A stretch of DNA of 64,000 nucleotides. It comes from Antedon mediterranea. Its lineage: Eukaryota; Animalia; Echinodermata. The stretch is taken from assembly GCF_964355755.1 (NCBI RefSeq), contig NC_092677.1:9012101-9076100 (forward strand), in the 5' to 3' direction. The first letter of the stretch is position 1; each line of letters begins with the position of its first letter. The notes beneath the pieces are model-generated. The model was not told the DNA's origin. It saw nothing but the letters and a program-made list of their open reading frames with translations, and did not search any database. Shown one piece after another: positions 12,173 through 41,478 of this stretch. The translations under genes and the position numbers were made by a program.

Positions 12173-13331
12173 TAGCCGGCCAACCACCGCCAAGATCGTC
12201 TTTGTTAATGCTGATGATACCGTACAATGCGTGACACAAAGTTTTTCTTTCAAAATCAGACGGAATTATTAAAAGTTTGCTAAAAAAATATAATATGGCT
12301 AACTGCCAGAGGAAAGATCTAGGTACAGAACAAATTCCATGTGATACATCCTTCTGTGTTTAGATGCTGTCAAAGATCTTGATGATTCTTTTTTCTTTTT
12401 TTTTTAGTTATAAGGTCAATTTCTCTATCAAACTCTTTAATTGCGCCACATAAGCTGCTGCCGGTTGATACAATCATGGAGCTGCAACACAATTTGTTGC
12501 TCCATGATACAACCTATTCCACCACTATGTCTATGTTTATATAGCGCCCCCTATAATGTCCTATTCTATGGTCATAAATTATTCACGATAAGTCTCATCG
12601 GAACCATATACTGTATGGCTCTGTCTAATAAAACTACAAATATGCCACGCCCTCATGAAGCAGCGTCCAAAAAAATTAGGGAGGGCCAGGGTGATATTGT
12701 TTTAGATAATCTATGAACAAATAAAAAAGTTTTTAATGGTAGTTTTTGTTGTTGATTTTGTACTATTTCTTTTATATTTTATTGTTAGGCCTAATGATAA
12801 AATGTCATTTCATTTGTGACATCATATTAGCATCATGGGTCTTACTATTAGTAACGGATTATGCTTTTTTACACGCCACGTTGATAGAATAGATTGAATA
12901 CTATAATAACTGATTTGATTTGTTTTTACGAAAACATAAGAGTTAAGACATTTTTTATTTTGTTATAGCTTAAAATGATTTATTATTGGCCTAAACCCAA
13001 TGCTATATCGGGTATACCCTCAAAACTTTGTTTTTGCAATGTTTCTGAAATTCGCTTCGACTACTACTCGTCACAATAATTGCCAATTCATGGCAGATTA
13101 TTGTTTTTAGGAACCATTCATGACGTACGGTGAATTCTTTTCATTGTCAAATTTGCATAACAACAAGTGTTTTATGTGTCTCAGCAACCGTCATCGTCTC
13201 CAAGGAAGCCGGTCAAATATATGAATATTCATTAGCATTGACCTCTAAACATAGCGTTAAAAATAACAAACAACGAAGAGCGAGGCAAGACACACAGGGT
13301 TTAGTAAAGTAGTTGCAGAATATCTCTAAAA

Positions 13332-31220
<17,889 letters not shown>

Positions 31221-31489
31221 AAAAAATGACTGATAAAGAAATGTTAAAAAGTGTATAGTACACGTTTCAATAAATATCGTTTTGTTTGCTGTATCGAGAA
31301 TGTACATTTGTTTCTAATAGGTAAGTGTAGCTAAGCTACCTTTTCACCTTTAAGAGTAAACAACCTATTCCAAATACTGCAATTTGTACATAGGACAAAA
31401 ATAAAGTTTAAAGAATATTTCATTCAAGCTATTTTTTTATTTTCTGCAAACTGATTCAACCATAATAAGTAATACAATAATATATATAT

Positions 31490-32230
31490 TTAGAATGAAG
31501 AATGTCCGTCCATTAATTATGCAATTTATGAATTCCATCCATTTGCATATTTTAAATTAAAGGTAACCTGTATGTAAATTAGGAAGTGGGAACGTTACTA
31601 GTAGGTTCTTCATGGAATTTTTGCATCTTATTTTTTTTGCAAAATTTATAGCCATACCAAAATATTATTAAAGAGGAATGTCCATCAGAATATGCAATTT
31701 ATGAATTTTATCTATTTGCATATTTAAATTAAACCTGTATGAAAATTAGGAAAGGGTTCTTCATGGCATTTTTGCATCTTATTTTTTTGCAAAATTTATA
31801 GCCATACTAAAATATTATTAAAGAGGAATGTCCATCAGAATATGCAATTTATGAATTGTATCTATTTGCATATATAAATTAAACCTGTATGGAAAGGGTT
31901 TTCGTGGCATTTTTTGCATCTTGTTTTTTTATTGCAAAATATATAGCCATAGCAAATTAATATTAAGGAAGAATTTCCATTAAAATATGGAATTTATGAA
32001 TTTCACAATTTGCATATTTAGGTTAAAGATAACATGTATGTAAATTATGTAGGGGAAGAGTGTTGTTCATGACATTTTTTCATCCTATTTTCCTGCAAAA
32101 AGATTTACCAAAATATTATGTATGTAAAAAGGAAGAATGTCCAGCAAAATATTGCAATTTTATGAAGATAACCTGTATGTAAATTATGTAGGGAAGAGTG
32201 AGAATTAAGTTCTTCATGACATTTTTTGCA
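31490..32230. repeat. Diverged satellite, ~145-175-bp period, about 5 copies
   Basis: Recurring GAATGTCCATCAGAATATGCAATTTATGAATT...ATTTGCATAT...AACCTGTATG...TTCATGGCATTTTTGCATC at ~31500, 31677, 31826, 31971 and 32136. Confidence 0.85.
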
Positions 32231-32462
32231 TCCCACGATTACTTTAAAATCAAACAGTCTTAATGTATTTTTTATAGTTCAACACTAATTATACTACACT
32301 AGGACCAAAAATCGTACGTAAACCTACGATCAGTAAAATCAAAGTTCACCTTAAATTCGTCCTCTCAACATCCTCCTACAGCTAAGAAAGCAGTAATATT
32401 TTGTTTAGCTTACAGAGGCCTAGAAATGTAAAACATTTAATGAATGGGAAAACAACGTACTA

Positions 32463-32609
32463 CAGTCAACTCTCCCAATACCAGACTTTCTAAAAATCAG
32501 AAACTTTTTTTGAGGACCAAAGTTCCCAAATTAATTTTTACCATTAAAAGCAATTCCGAATACCAGACATTTTCCGGAAAAAGGTGTCTGGTATTGGGAG
32601 AGTTGACTG
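32463..32609. mobile_element. Tc1/mariner (pogo/Tigger-like) MITE
   Basis: Perfect 24-bp TIRs CAGTCAACTCTCCCAATACCAGAC / GTCTGGTATTGGGAGAGTTGACTG with TA on both sides. Confidence 0.9.
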
Positions 32610-33252
32610 TATTATCTAACCGAAATACAACAAATTGAATTCCAGTGAACTTAAAATCAGGGTACATAAAATGTAGGTCCTATGTATTTTTCCATCCTTC
32701 AGCAATATGTTGACTTATCGTCCAATCAGCAATCAATTTCAACTTCGTCCATTAAATAATTCATAAAACTAAATCTTCTTGAATATGATGTAAATAATAG
32801 AATTGTATAGTTAAGACATTATTTGAAATGTTGATGCATATAGTATTTTTCAGTTCAGGTGGACTTGTATGCTTGTATTTTCCTATTGACATTGTGTATA
32901 TATATTTGAAGTGTGAATTTATTTTTGAAAATGGTATATTGGTATATTAATTGTAAATAGCTGTGCAATAGTGAAGGATAGATATAAATAGGTTAAGAAA
33001 TAGTATTAATATTGAACCTTGTAATGTATTGAGCTAGGATACTTTTTTGCAATCTGTAGTAAGAACTATAAATTGTGTCGTTGGTCGTTGCCTGACCCTA
33101 TAATTTGCCCAGACCGTGTCGGTGATCTATATAGGATGCACGTCCCAATGAGCACAATGAATTAATATGATGTAACTAGTAGTAGGTTCTAGGTCATCGC
33201 AAATTAAAGACCCAGTAATGTACGTATGGTATATATGCCGCTACCTCCATTG

Positions 33253-33368
33253 CTATATGGCCTTACCACGTTGAAACACCAGTTCTCGTCAAATCACCGA
33301 AGTTAAGCAATGTTGGGCCTGGTAGAGCTTGGATGGGAGACCATCTGAGAATACCGGGTGCAGTATAT
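33253..33368 (+). rRNA. 5S rRNA-like sequence (divergent copy or SINE3 head)
   Basis: GGCCTTACCACGTTGAAACACCAGTTCTCGTC...GAAGTTAAGCAA (box A)...GGGCCTGGT...CTTGGATGGGAGACC (box C)...GAATACCGGGTGCAGTA aligns along the full 5S length; no oligo-T terminator follows. Confidence 0.85.
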
Positions 33369-33644
33369 GGAGCTAGCTGGGGTCCCATTAGGCATTTGAA
33401 ATCAGCACTGCTGACTCTTATGGCAGCCCCTGCATCTAGTATCTGTCTCAGACGTATTGGTATATGCCTCTCCTCTGGTTAAGGTAGACACTGGACGAGA
33501 GAAGCCCTTCCCTTGGTCAATGTTGGGACCAGCCAAAGGTGCTTTAAACAGTCCTGGCTTAGTCATTATTCAGATGAATGTAAGACTAATTGACATTGTC
33601 GTTTACGACAGAAGTCGGCCATTAAAAAAAAACCTCCATTCATT
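33253..33644 (+). mobile_element. Putative 5S-derived SINE (SINE3-like)
   Basis: 5S head reads into a ~270-bp GC-richer body with no T4 run and ends in an A-run plus CATTCATT. Confidence 0.5.
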
Positions 33645-34443
33645 GCTTGTTTGCTTTGCTATGGGAACATTACAAAAGTTAAAATGGACATGGATACTTT
33701 GTGTGATTGATCTTGTTAAATGTATAAGAATAATTTGAGGTATAAAAATAACACACCAAAGGGCCTTTGCAAGCTTTCATGCAATTGCCATCGAATATCC
33801 CACAATGCACCTACTGTACAAAGTTACCAGCAGCTTAGGATATGAGATTCATGGATTTGTGCAATGGAATCATCTGTAAGTTGTGTTATTGTTAGATTTA
33901 ACTTTATTTTGTAAATGCTGCCCTCAATATTATGGTGTAATCTAATACTATCATCAACATATTATCAGACATTCTAATGTTTTCTACCAGACACATTAAT
34001 GTAAACTGGCAATAAAAAAAGTTCATAAAAATGTTTGTGTATTCTTGAGGTATCGCACAGTAAAATTTAACATACCGCCCCCTAGGTATAACTGATAACA
34101 TTATTAAGGGATCGTGTATAATAACCCGCTGGTCCCTGAAATGAATAACTAACTTATGCTTATAAGCCAGACATAGAAAAAAAAAAACAAAGCATATTTT
34201 AATGATTATTTTTAATTTAAATGACAATAATAAAAGATTTTTAGAAGCATTCTGTAAATAAATGTGTGTTTATTTAAACAGTCATACAGTATAAACAAGA
34301 TCAGTACTTGCATTTCTGGTTGTTGGTTTGTATACAAAATGATTATTTAAGGTGTGCCTCAATGGCTGCTATTTTTTATTTTTTCAAAATTATTTAAGAT
34401 TACTGTAATTGATTGTACTATTTTGCTAGCAACATTCATTTAA

Positions 34444-34729
34444 AGATGTATTGTCCCCCTAAAAAAATAATTCTTAACATAATAGTTAAATAATTCACAT
34501 TGACCAAAAATTGGATCTAAAAAATTTGTATTTGCCTGAAAAAAAATGTAGTTTTTAGGCAAAATGTGCCATCCAGTGGTTTTTGGTTGAATTTAACCAT
34601 TTATTTTGTCAATTTATAATTTTTTTTTCTATGGAAGTGATTAACTTTATTAAAACTACAAAATAACATATATTCAAAGTCTGATTTAATTAATCTTCAT
34701 TTTTTATCTTTTTGGAAGACAATACATCT
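34444..34729. mobile_element. Kolobok-like MITE
   Basis: TIRs AGATGTATTGTC / GACAATACATCT flanked by TTAA / TTTAA; a related left end lies at ~41842 (TTAAAGATGCATTGTCCC). Confidence 0.65.
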
Positions 34730-35324
34730 TTTAAGTTTTGTATAATTTGTTTTATATTGAATATTACACTTTTGAGAATTATTTACTAACCCTCTCTTTA
34801 ACTTTGTTGAGATTTAAATCTATGAACATACACATTATATTGTAAATGTAATACATATACGTTTGATCTTAAATTTATTTTCATTTAAACATTAAATTAA
34901 GTTTTAGAAATGGGTTGTTCAATTTTATTACTAAACTTTAAACATTTTAATATTACTGAGAAGGCTTCAAAACAATTTTAATAATTATTATTTTAATATT
35001 AAAAACAATTTTTTCAGTAGAGTAACAAAAGTGTATTTAAACATTCAACAAATAATGAAATTAATCCTTATTTTCAGAGAATGTCAAAAATATTGACACA
35101 ATTCAATAATTATGCACTAATTGTTATAGATTATTGCATTATCATCATCTTATGGACTTATAGTAACCATCTATGTCAAGGAATATAAGGGTCAAATTTT
35201 AAGGTTTTTTTTTAAGAAATGGCAAATATTGAATATTAAGTCATTTTTTAAAATTTGAAATTAGACAAATTTTTTTAAATCCCTATACTATAGGGATGAT
35301 ATACTAATCAGTCTAGTTATGTAA

Positions 35325-35920
35325 AACAAGGCCATATAGATGGCTAAAGTCGCGTGCTTAGTGTTTACCGACCGACCGACCTACCTACCAACTGACCGAA
35401 ATTACTGAACATGTTTAAAAATGTTGAAATATTTAAAAACAGTTATATTTTTTTAATTTACACGTGTGTAGCCTGTCACTTTTGATGTGCTCGTATAACG
35501 TAATTTCGAGTTGAAAAGTAAGTCAAGAAAACAGAAATCGGGCAAAAAGAGTGCGCTACAACATTTAAAATCTGCGCACTCATGGCAATTTTGTAAACGC
35601 TTAAAATTGCCTGAAACGTACTCTTATTTCGTCGAAAATAAATTTTGAAAAATTTAAGCGCGCGTACGCATGCGTTACATGCGCTACGCACGTAATTGTA
35701 TTGCCATATGATGATTTATGCCCTGAAATTTATAAGTACCAAATTGTATTTAATTGTGATTCATGGTTGTGAAGATATGATTACAAACGTGATTTCGTTA
35801 AATCGTGCGTAGACCGCGTCATTTTTTATTGCGCACCGTGAAAACATAACCACATTGATTCCTGGTCATGAGGAATATACTGTGAAAAATTGACTTAGCT
35901 AGATTAAACTGATAACTGTA
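35325..35920. mobile_element. Helentron/HINE-like non-autonomous segment
   Basis: AAACAAG start, short hairpin GCCAT-ATAG-ATGGC, (ACCG)n/(ACCT)n microsatellite, directly adjoining a satellite array. Confidence 0.4.
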
Positions 35921-38900
35921 GTACAGGGATTTTTTTCAAAATATGGCCAATTTTCGACCTTTTTATTTTTCGATAAAACTGGTTACTATAGCACAATTGG
36001 CATGCACAGAACCCATTATTCGACTCTGCGCATGTTTATTATGCCATAGTAACCATATATATGAAAAAATAAAAGGGTCGAAAATCGGCCATTTTTCGAA
36101 AATTTCCCTGTACCTATAGCACAATTGACATGCGCAGAAGGCATTATTCGACTCTGCGCATGGTTATTATGCTATAGTAACCATTTATGTCAAAAGTGGT
36201 TGCTATAGCACAATTGACATGCGCAGAACCAATTATTCGACTCTGCGCATTTTTATAATGCCATAGTAACCATTTATATCAAAAAATAAAAGGGTCGAAA
36301 ATCGGCAATTTTTCGAAAATTTCCCTGTACAGGGATTTTTTCAAAAAATGGCCAATTTTCGACCTTTTATTTTTCGATAAAACTGGTTACTATAGCACAA
36401 TTGACATGCGTAGAACGCATTATTCGACTCTGCGCATGTTTATTATGCTATAGTAACCATTTATGTAAAAAGTGGTTGCTATAGCACAATTGACATGCGC
36501 AGAACCAATTATTCGATTCTGCGCATTTTTATAATGCCATAGTAACCATTTATATCAAAAAATAAAAGGGTTGAAAATCGGCCATTTTTCGAAAATTTCC
36601 CTGTACAGGGATTTTTTCAAAAAATGGCCAATTTTCGACCTTTTATTTTTCGATACAACTGGTTACTATAGCACAATTGACATGCGCCGAACCCATTATT
36701 CGACTCTGCGCATGGTTATTATGCTATAGTAACCATTTATGTCAAAAGTGGTTGCTAAAGCAAAATTGACATGCGCAGAACCAATTATTCGACTCTGCAC
36801 ATGTTTATTATGCTATAGTAACCATTTATATCAAAAAATAAAATGGTCGAAAATCGGCCATTTTTCGAAAATTTCTCTGTACTTTAGTACAGGGATTTTT
36901 TTTTAAATTGCCAATTTTCGACCTTTTTATTTTTGGATAAAACTGGTTACTAAAGTACAATTGACATGCGCAGAACGCATTATTCGACTCTGCACTTGTT
37001 TATTATGCTATAGTAACCATTTATGTCAAAAGTGGTTGCTATAGCACAATTGACATGCGCAGAACCAATTATTCGACTCTGTGCATGTTTATTATGCCAT
37101 AGTAACCATTTATATAAAAAAATAAAAGGGTCGAAAATCGGCCATTTTTCGAAAATTTCCCTGTACTATAGTACAGGGATTTTTTCAGAAAATGCCCAAT
37201 TTTCGACCTTTTATTTTTCGATAAAACTGGTTACTATAGCACAATTGACATGCGTAGAACGCATTATTCGACTCTGCGCATGTTTATTATGCTATAGTAA
37301 CCATTTATGTCAAAAGTGGTTACTATAGCACAATTGGCATGAGCAGAACCCATTATTCGACTCTGCGCATGTTTATTATGCTATAGTAACCATTTATGTC
37401 AAAAGTGGTTGCTATAGCACAATTGACATGCGCAGAATCAATTATTCGACTCTGCGCATGTTTATATTGCCATAGTAACCACTTATATCAAAAAATAAAA
37501 TGGTCGAAAATCGGCCATTTTTCGAAAATTTCTCTGTACTTTAGTACAGGGATTTTTTTTTAAATTGCCAATTTTCGACCTTTTTATTTTTGGATAAAAC
37601 TGGTTACTATAGCACAATTGACATGCGCAGAACGCATTATTCGACTCTGCGCTTGTTTATTATGCTATAGTAACCATTTATGTCAAAAGTGGTTGCTATA
37701 GCACAATTGACATGCGCAGAACCAATTATTTGACTCTGTGCATGTTTATTATGCCATAGTAACCATTTATATAAAAAAATAAAAGGGTCGAAAATCGGCC
37801 ATTTTTCGAAAATTTCCCTGTACAGGGATTTTTTCAGAAAATGCCCAATTTTCAACCTTTTATTTTTCGATAAAACTGGTTACTATAGCACAATTGACAT
37901 GCGTAGAACGCATTATTCGACTCTGCGCATGTTTATTATGCTATAGTAACCATTTATGTCAAAAGTGGTTGCTATAGCACAATTGACATGCGCAGAACCA
38001 ATTATTCGATTCTGCGCATTTTTATAATGCCATAGTAACCATTTATATCAAAAAATAAAAGGGTCGAAAATCGGCCATTTTTCGAAAATGCCCAATTTTC
38101 GACCTTTTATTTTTCGATAAAACTGGTTACTATAGCACAATTGACATGCGTATAACGCATTATTCGACTCTGCGCATGTTTATTATGCTATAGTAACCAT
38201 TTATGTCAAAAGTGGTTACTATAGCACAATTGACATGCGCAGAACCAATTATTCGACTCTGCGCATGTTTATTATGCTATAGTAACAATTTATATAAAAA
38301 AATAAAAGGGTCGAAAAGCGGCCATTTTTCCCAAATTTCCCTGTACTATAGTACAGGGATTTTTTCAAAAAATTGCCAATTTTCAACCTTTTTATTTTTC
38401 GATAAAACTGGTTACTATAGCACAATTGACATGCGCAGAACGCATTATTCGACTCTGCGCATGTTTATTATGCTATAGTAACCATTTATGTCAAAACTGG
38501 TTACTATAGCACAATTGACAAGCGCAGAACCAATTATTCGACTCTGCGCATGTTTATAATGCCATAGTAACCATTTATATCAAAAAATAAAATGGTCGAA
38601 AATCGGCCATTTTTCGAAAATTTCTCTGTACTATAGTACAGGGATTTTTTTTTTAAATTGCCAATTTTCGAACTTTTTATTTTTCGACAAAACTGGTTAC
38701 TATAGCACAATTGGCATTCGCAGAACCTATTATTCGACTCTGCGCATGTTTATTATGCTATAGTAACCATTTATGTCAAAAGTGGTTACTATAGCACAAT
38801 TGGCATGCGCAGAACCCATTATTCGACTCTGCACATGTTTATTATGCTATAGTAACCATTTATATCAAAAAATAAAAGGGTCGAAAATCGGTCATTTTTC

Positions 38901-39235
38901 GAAAATTTCCCTGTACTATAGTACCCTTAGTAAAGGGAAATTTTCAAAAAATGCCATATTTTCGACCGTTTTATTTTGTTAAATAACTAGTTTACTATGG
39001 CCCTATAAGATAACACAATATATGCACATATATGGCAATATTATGGCATAATTATTGAATTGTAAAACATGGATATTTTGGTCATTTTTCGAAAAAAAAT
39101 CCATGTACAGTACTATAATAGTACAGTTTTTTTTAAATGGCCAAATTTCGACCCTTTTATTTTTTGACATAACTAGTTACTATGGCCCTATAAGATGACA
39201 ATAACACAATATATGCGCATATATGGCAATAATAT
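35921..39235. repeat. Higher-order satellite made of palindromic modules
   Basis: 89-bp hairpin module (GGTTACTATAGCA...CATGCGCAGA...TCTGCGCATG...TGCTATAGTAACC) in 1-3 copies alternating with a ~110-bp palindrome centred on CCCTGTAC(TATA)GTACAGGG. Higher-order period mostly 276-285 bp, about 11 cycles. Confidence 0.95.
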
Positions 39236-39531
39236 CTTTTCGTGGATAATTAGGTTTATTTTCTTGGATGCAACCTTTTGAGTGAAATATATATATACAG
39301 TATTTGAATTTTGATATGTTCGCTTCCTGGCAAAATTCACTTAACACCGATTGAGAAGAGTCTTTTATTATGAAAGTAATTGGAACAATAAACGAAAGGG
39401 ATATTGGTTTTATCAGTCTTAATACACCATTAGGATGTTGATTGTCTGCAAGTGGAAAGTACAAAGGGAATTGACACTGCTCATTCCACATCAACATAGA
39501 ATTTCATCAAGTCCTACATTTACACTGGTAA

Positions 39532-39650
39532 AGCTCTGTCTGTACTATCTAAATAGTTTGAAAAAAAAAATTTGATGCGCCCAAACATGGTAGTGATATG
39601 ACATCATCATGTCCACATATGGGCATATCACATACAGTGTAGACAGAGCT
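39532..39650. mobile_element. PIF/Harbinger-like MITE
   Basis: TIRs AGCTCTGTCT / AGACAGAGCT with TAA on both sides. Confidence 0.7.
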
Positions 39651-40549
39651 TAACAATATAATATATACATTCTAAGATATTATTCATAATATTGTTTATT
39701 AAATATTAATAATAAATATTGACTCTTTTTATGACAACAGAATTAATTTTAACTTTTGTAGTATAAATACAATCATTTGAATATTATGTAAAATAACGTT
39801 AGCTTTATTTGTGAAAATACTATTATCCTATTACCTAATCCCAAATTTGGGCCATGGGATGTCTTGAAAGAAAAAAAAACAAAAACAGTTTACAGCAAAA
39901 CCTTTATAGCAATACAAAGTTTAAAACGATGTGCTTTCATAAACATCAAACACAATAAAATGTATGCAGCTAAAGTTTCGGAAGTAATGCATCACATAAA
40001 AACCAATTTCACTGCAATTTCTGTAAGTTCTATATTTTTACTTCAGCCTCAGGTGGAAGACTCTTTTATATCAGCTTCATTACGTTGGTACAGGTGGGTG
40101 GTTTGGGCTGCGGCTTGGAGAACTGGATTTTACACTGTTGAAATAAAGTATTCATATTTTTTAATCTAATTTAACAGTTGATGTTAAATCAATACGTTAG
40201 TTGACGGCAGTAAATTAGTGTTTCTGAAACAAATATACTTTTACAGGGCAAACCCTTTAGGCCGACAGCTTACTACAGCCAATCTACCTGTTGTCAAAAG
40301 GTAGGCATTATAGGCCTAATGGTCAGAGTGACTTAGCAAATAGCAAATCCTTTACAGTAATAAATTCAGTTTAATCTAATAACTAGTAAAAGTAATACAA
40401 TACAACTTATAAGTAACTCACCAGATTGCTTGGCCAATGGAGTATTTACTTTACAGGGAAAAGGTTGGCCTCCTTGTACACAATCATCCTTCACTGCATG
40501 TCTATGGAGTAAAAATGGTACATGGTAATATACATATATATATATATAT

Positions 40550-40727
40550 CCAATCTGGAGACAGTACTGTTTTGATCTTATTAGATCTCGTCAGTGCAGC
40601 TCAGGTTTTCGAAATGAAATATACCGCAGAACTGGCACAATATATTATATATAGGCTGAGCCAGGTATGCGGGACATGATACACTGATTATGAACACAAA
40701 GAGTGCACAAGCTCAACGAGCGTGCTT
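40550..40727 (-). mobile_element. ~180-bp element (family H2) ending in a degenerate type I hammerhead
   Basis: Minus strand CTGCA-CTGACGA-GATCT-AATA-AGATC-AAAA-CAGTACTG-TC-TCCAG (40555-40600): intact CUGANGA, stem II, palindromic stem III and GUC site, but G12A and one stem I mismatch. Bounded by (TA)n on both sides. Confidence 0.7.
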
Positions 40728-40738
40728 TATATATATAT

Positions 40739-40913
40739 TCCTTCACTTGCACTGATGAAGGGCTAGTGTTGCCCGAAAGCTCTGCTAACTTTTCTGGCTG
40801 TTTACTTTATCGTTTTGATTTAGCTTTTCGCTTTTTATTTTTGTATCTCCATTGAGATCCAGCCACTGATACCCACAGCATTGTCATTTTTTTCAGTAAT
40901 TTGCCTTTGGATT
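40739..40913 (+). mobile_element. Hammerhead-bearing short repeat family H1 (Penelope 3' end / retrozyme-like)
   Basis: Homologous to 30055-30190, 58703-58828 and 63465-63640 (minus) and partly to 22380-22430 (minus); flanked by (TA)n. Confidence 0.85.
40749..40785 (+). ncRNA. Minimal type I hammerhead ribozyme, canonical core
   Basis: GCA-CTGATGA-A-GGGC-TAGTGTT-GCCC-GAAA-GC-TC-TGC: all core nucleotides present, with the palindromic AGCT stem III typical of Penelope-associated minimal hammerheads. Confidence 0.88.
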
Positions 40914-41041
40914 TATATATATATATATATAAACACATTAGGCAATGAACATTAATTCTAAACCGCCCGGTGATATACTGAAATTTAATTAATTAATTTG
41001 AGACTATAAAGATGAGGAAATCTGTGAGAATGAGAAAAAGT

Positions 41042-41113
41042 CGCCCCAACCGAGACTCGAACTCGGACCGCCTGCTTGATATGCAGATGTCCTAACCATT
41101 AGACCACTGGGGC
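41042..41113 (-). tRNA. tRNA-like gene, anticodon ATC (Asp), copy 1
   Basis: GCCCCAG TG GTCT AATGGTTA GGAC A TCTGC ATATCAA GCAGG CGGT CCGAG TTCGAGT CTCGG TTGGGGC G: 72-nt cloverleaf with all stems paired, A/B boxes and a T5 terminator 2 nt downstream. A32 is atypical. Confidence 0.75.
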
Positions 41114-41406
41114 TTTCATGGTATTGTTCAAACTCGATTGGATAGCGACTCTTTAACATTCTCGGCGTGGTACGGCGGAACAGCACTAGTCCTCAGTTGT
41201 ACGCACACGCACCAGAGATCAAATTGATACGCCCTCATCTTTCAGTATTTTTTATTCACGAGGCGGGATCTCCGAAGAGATACTTTTATATATATAAACA
41301 CATTAGGCAATGAACATTAATTCTAAACCGCCCGGTGATATACTGAAATTTAATTAATTAATTTGAGACTATAAAGATGAGGAAATCTGTGAGAATGAGA
41401 AAAAGT

Positions 41407-41478
41407 CGCCCCAACCGAGACTCGAACTCGGACCGCCTGCTTGATATGCAGATGTCCTAACCATTAGACCACTGGGGC
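41407..41478 (-). tRNA. tRNA-like gene, anticodon ATC (Asp), copy 2
   Basis: Identical to copy 1, offset by 365 bp. Confidence 0.75.

Noticed and set aside
33437-33446. TAGTATCTGT 10-mer matching the U2 target site within the 5S-SINE body
   Set aside because: Too short, with no further U2 similarity; compatible with chance.
35921-39000. CRISPR-like appearance and recurring ORFs (MSKVVAIAQLTC...)
   Set aside because: The 'spacers' are themselves repeated, there are no cas genes and the context is eukaryotic; this is a satellite.
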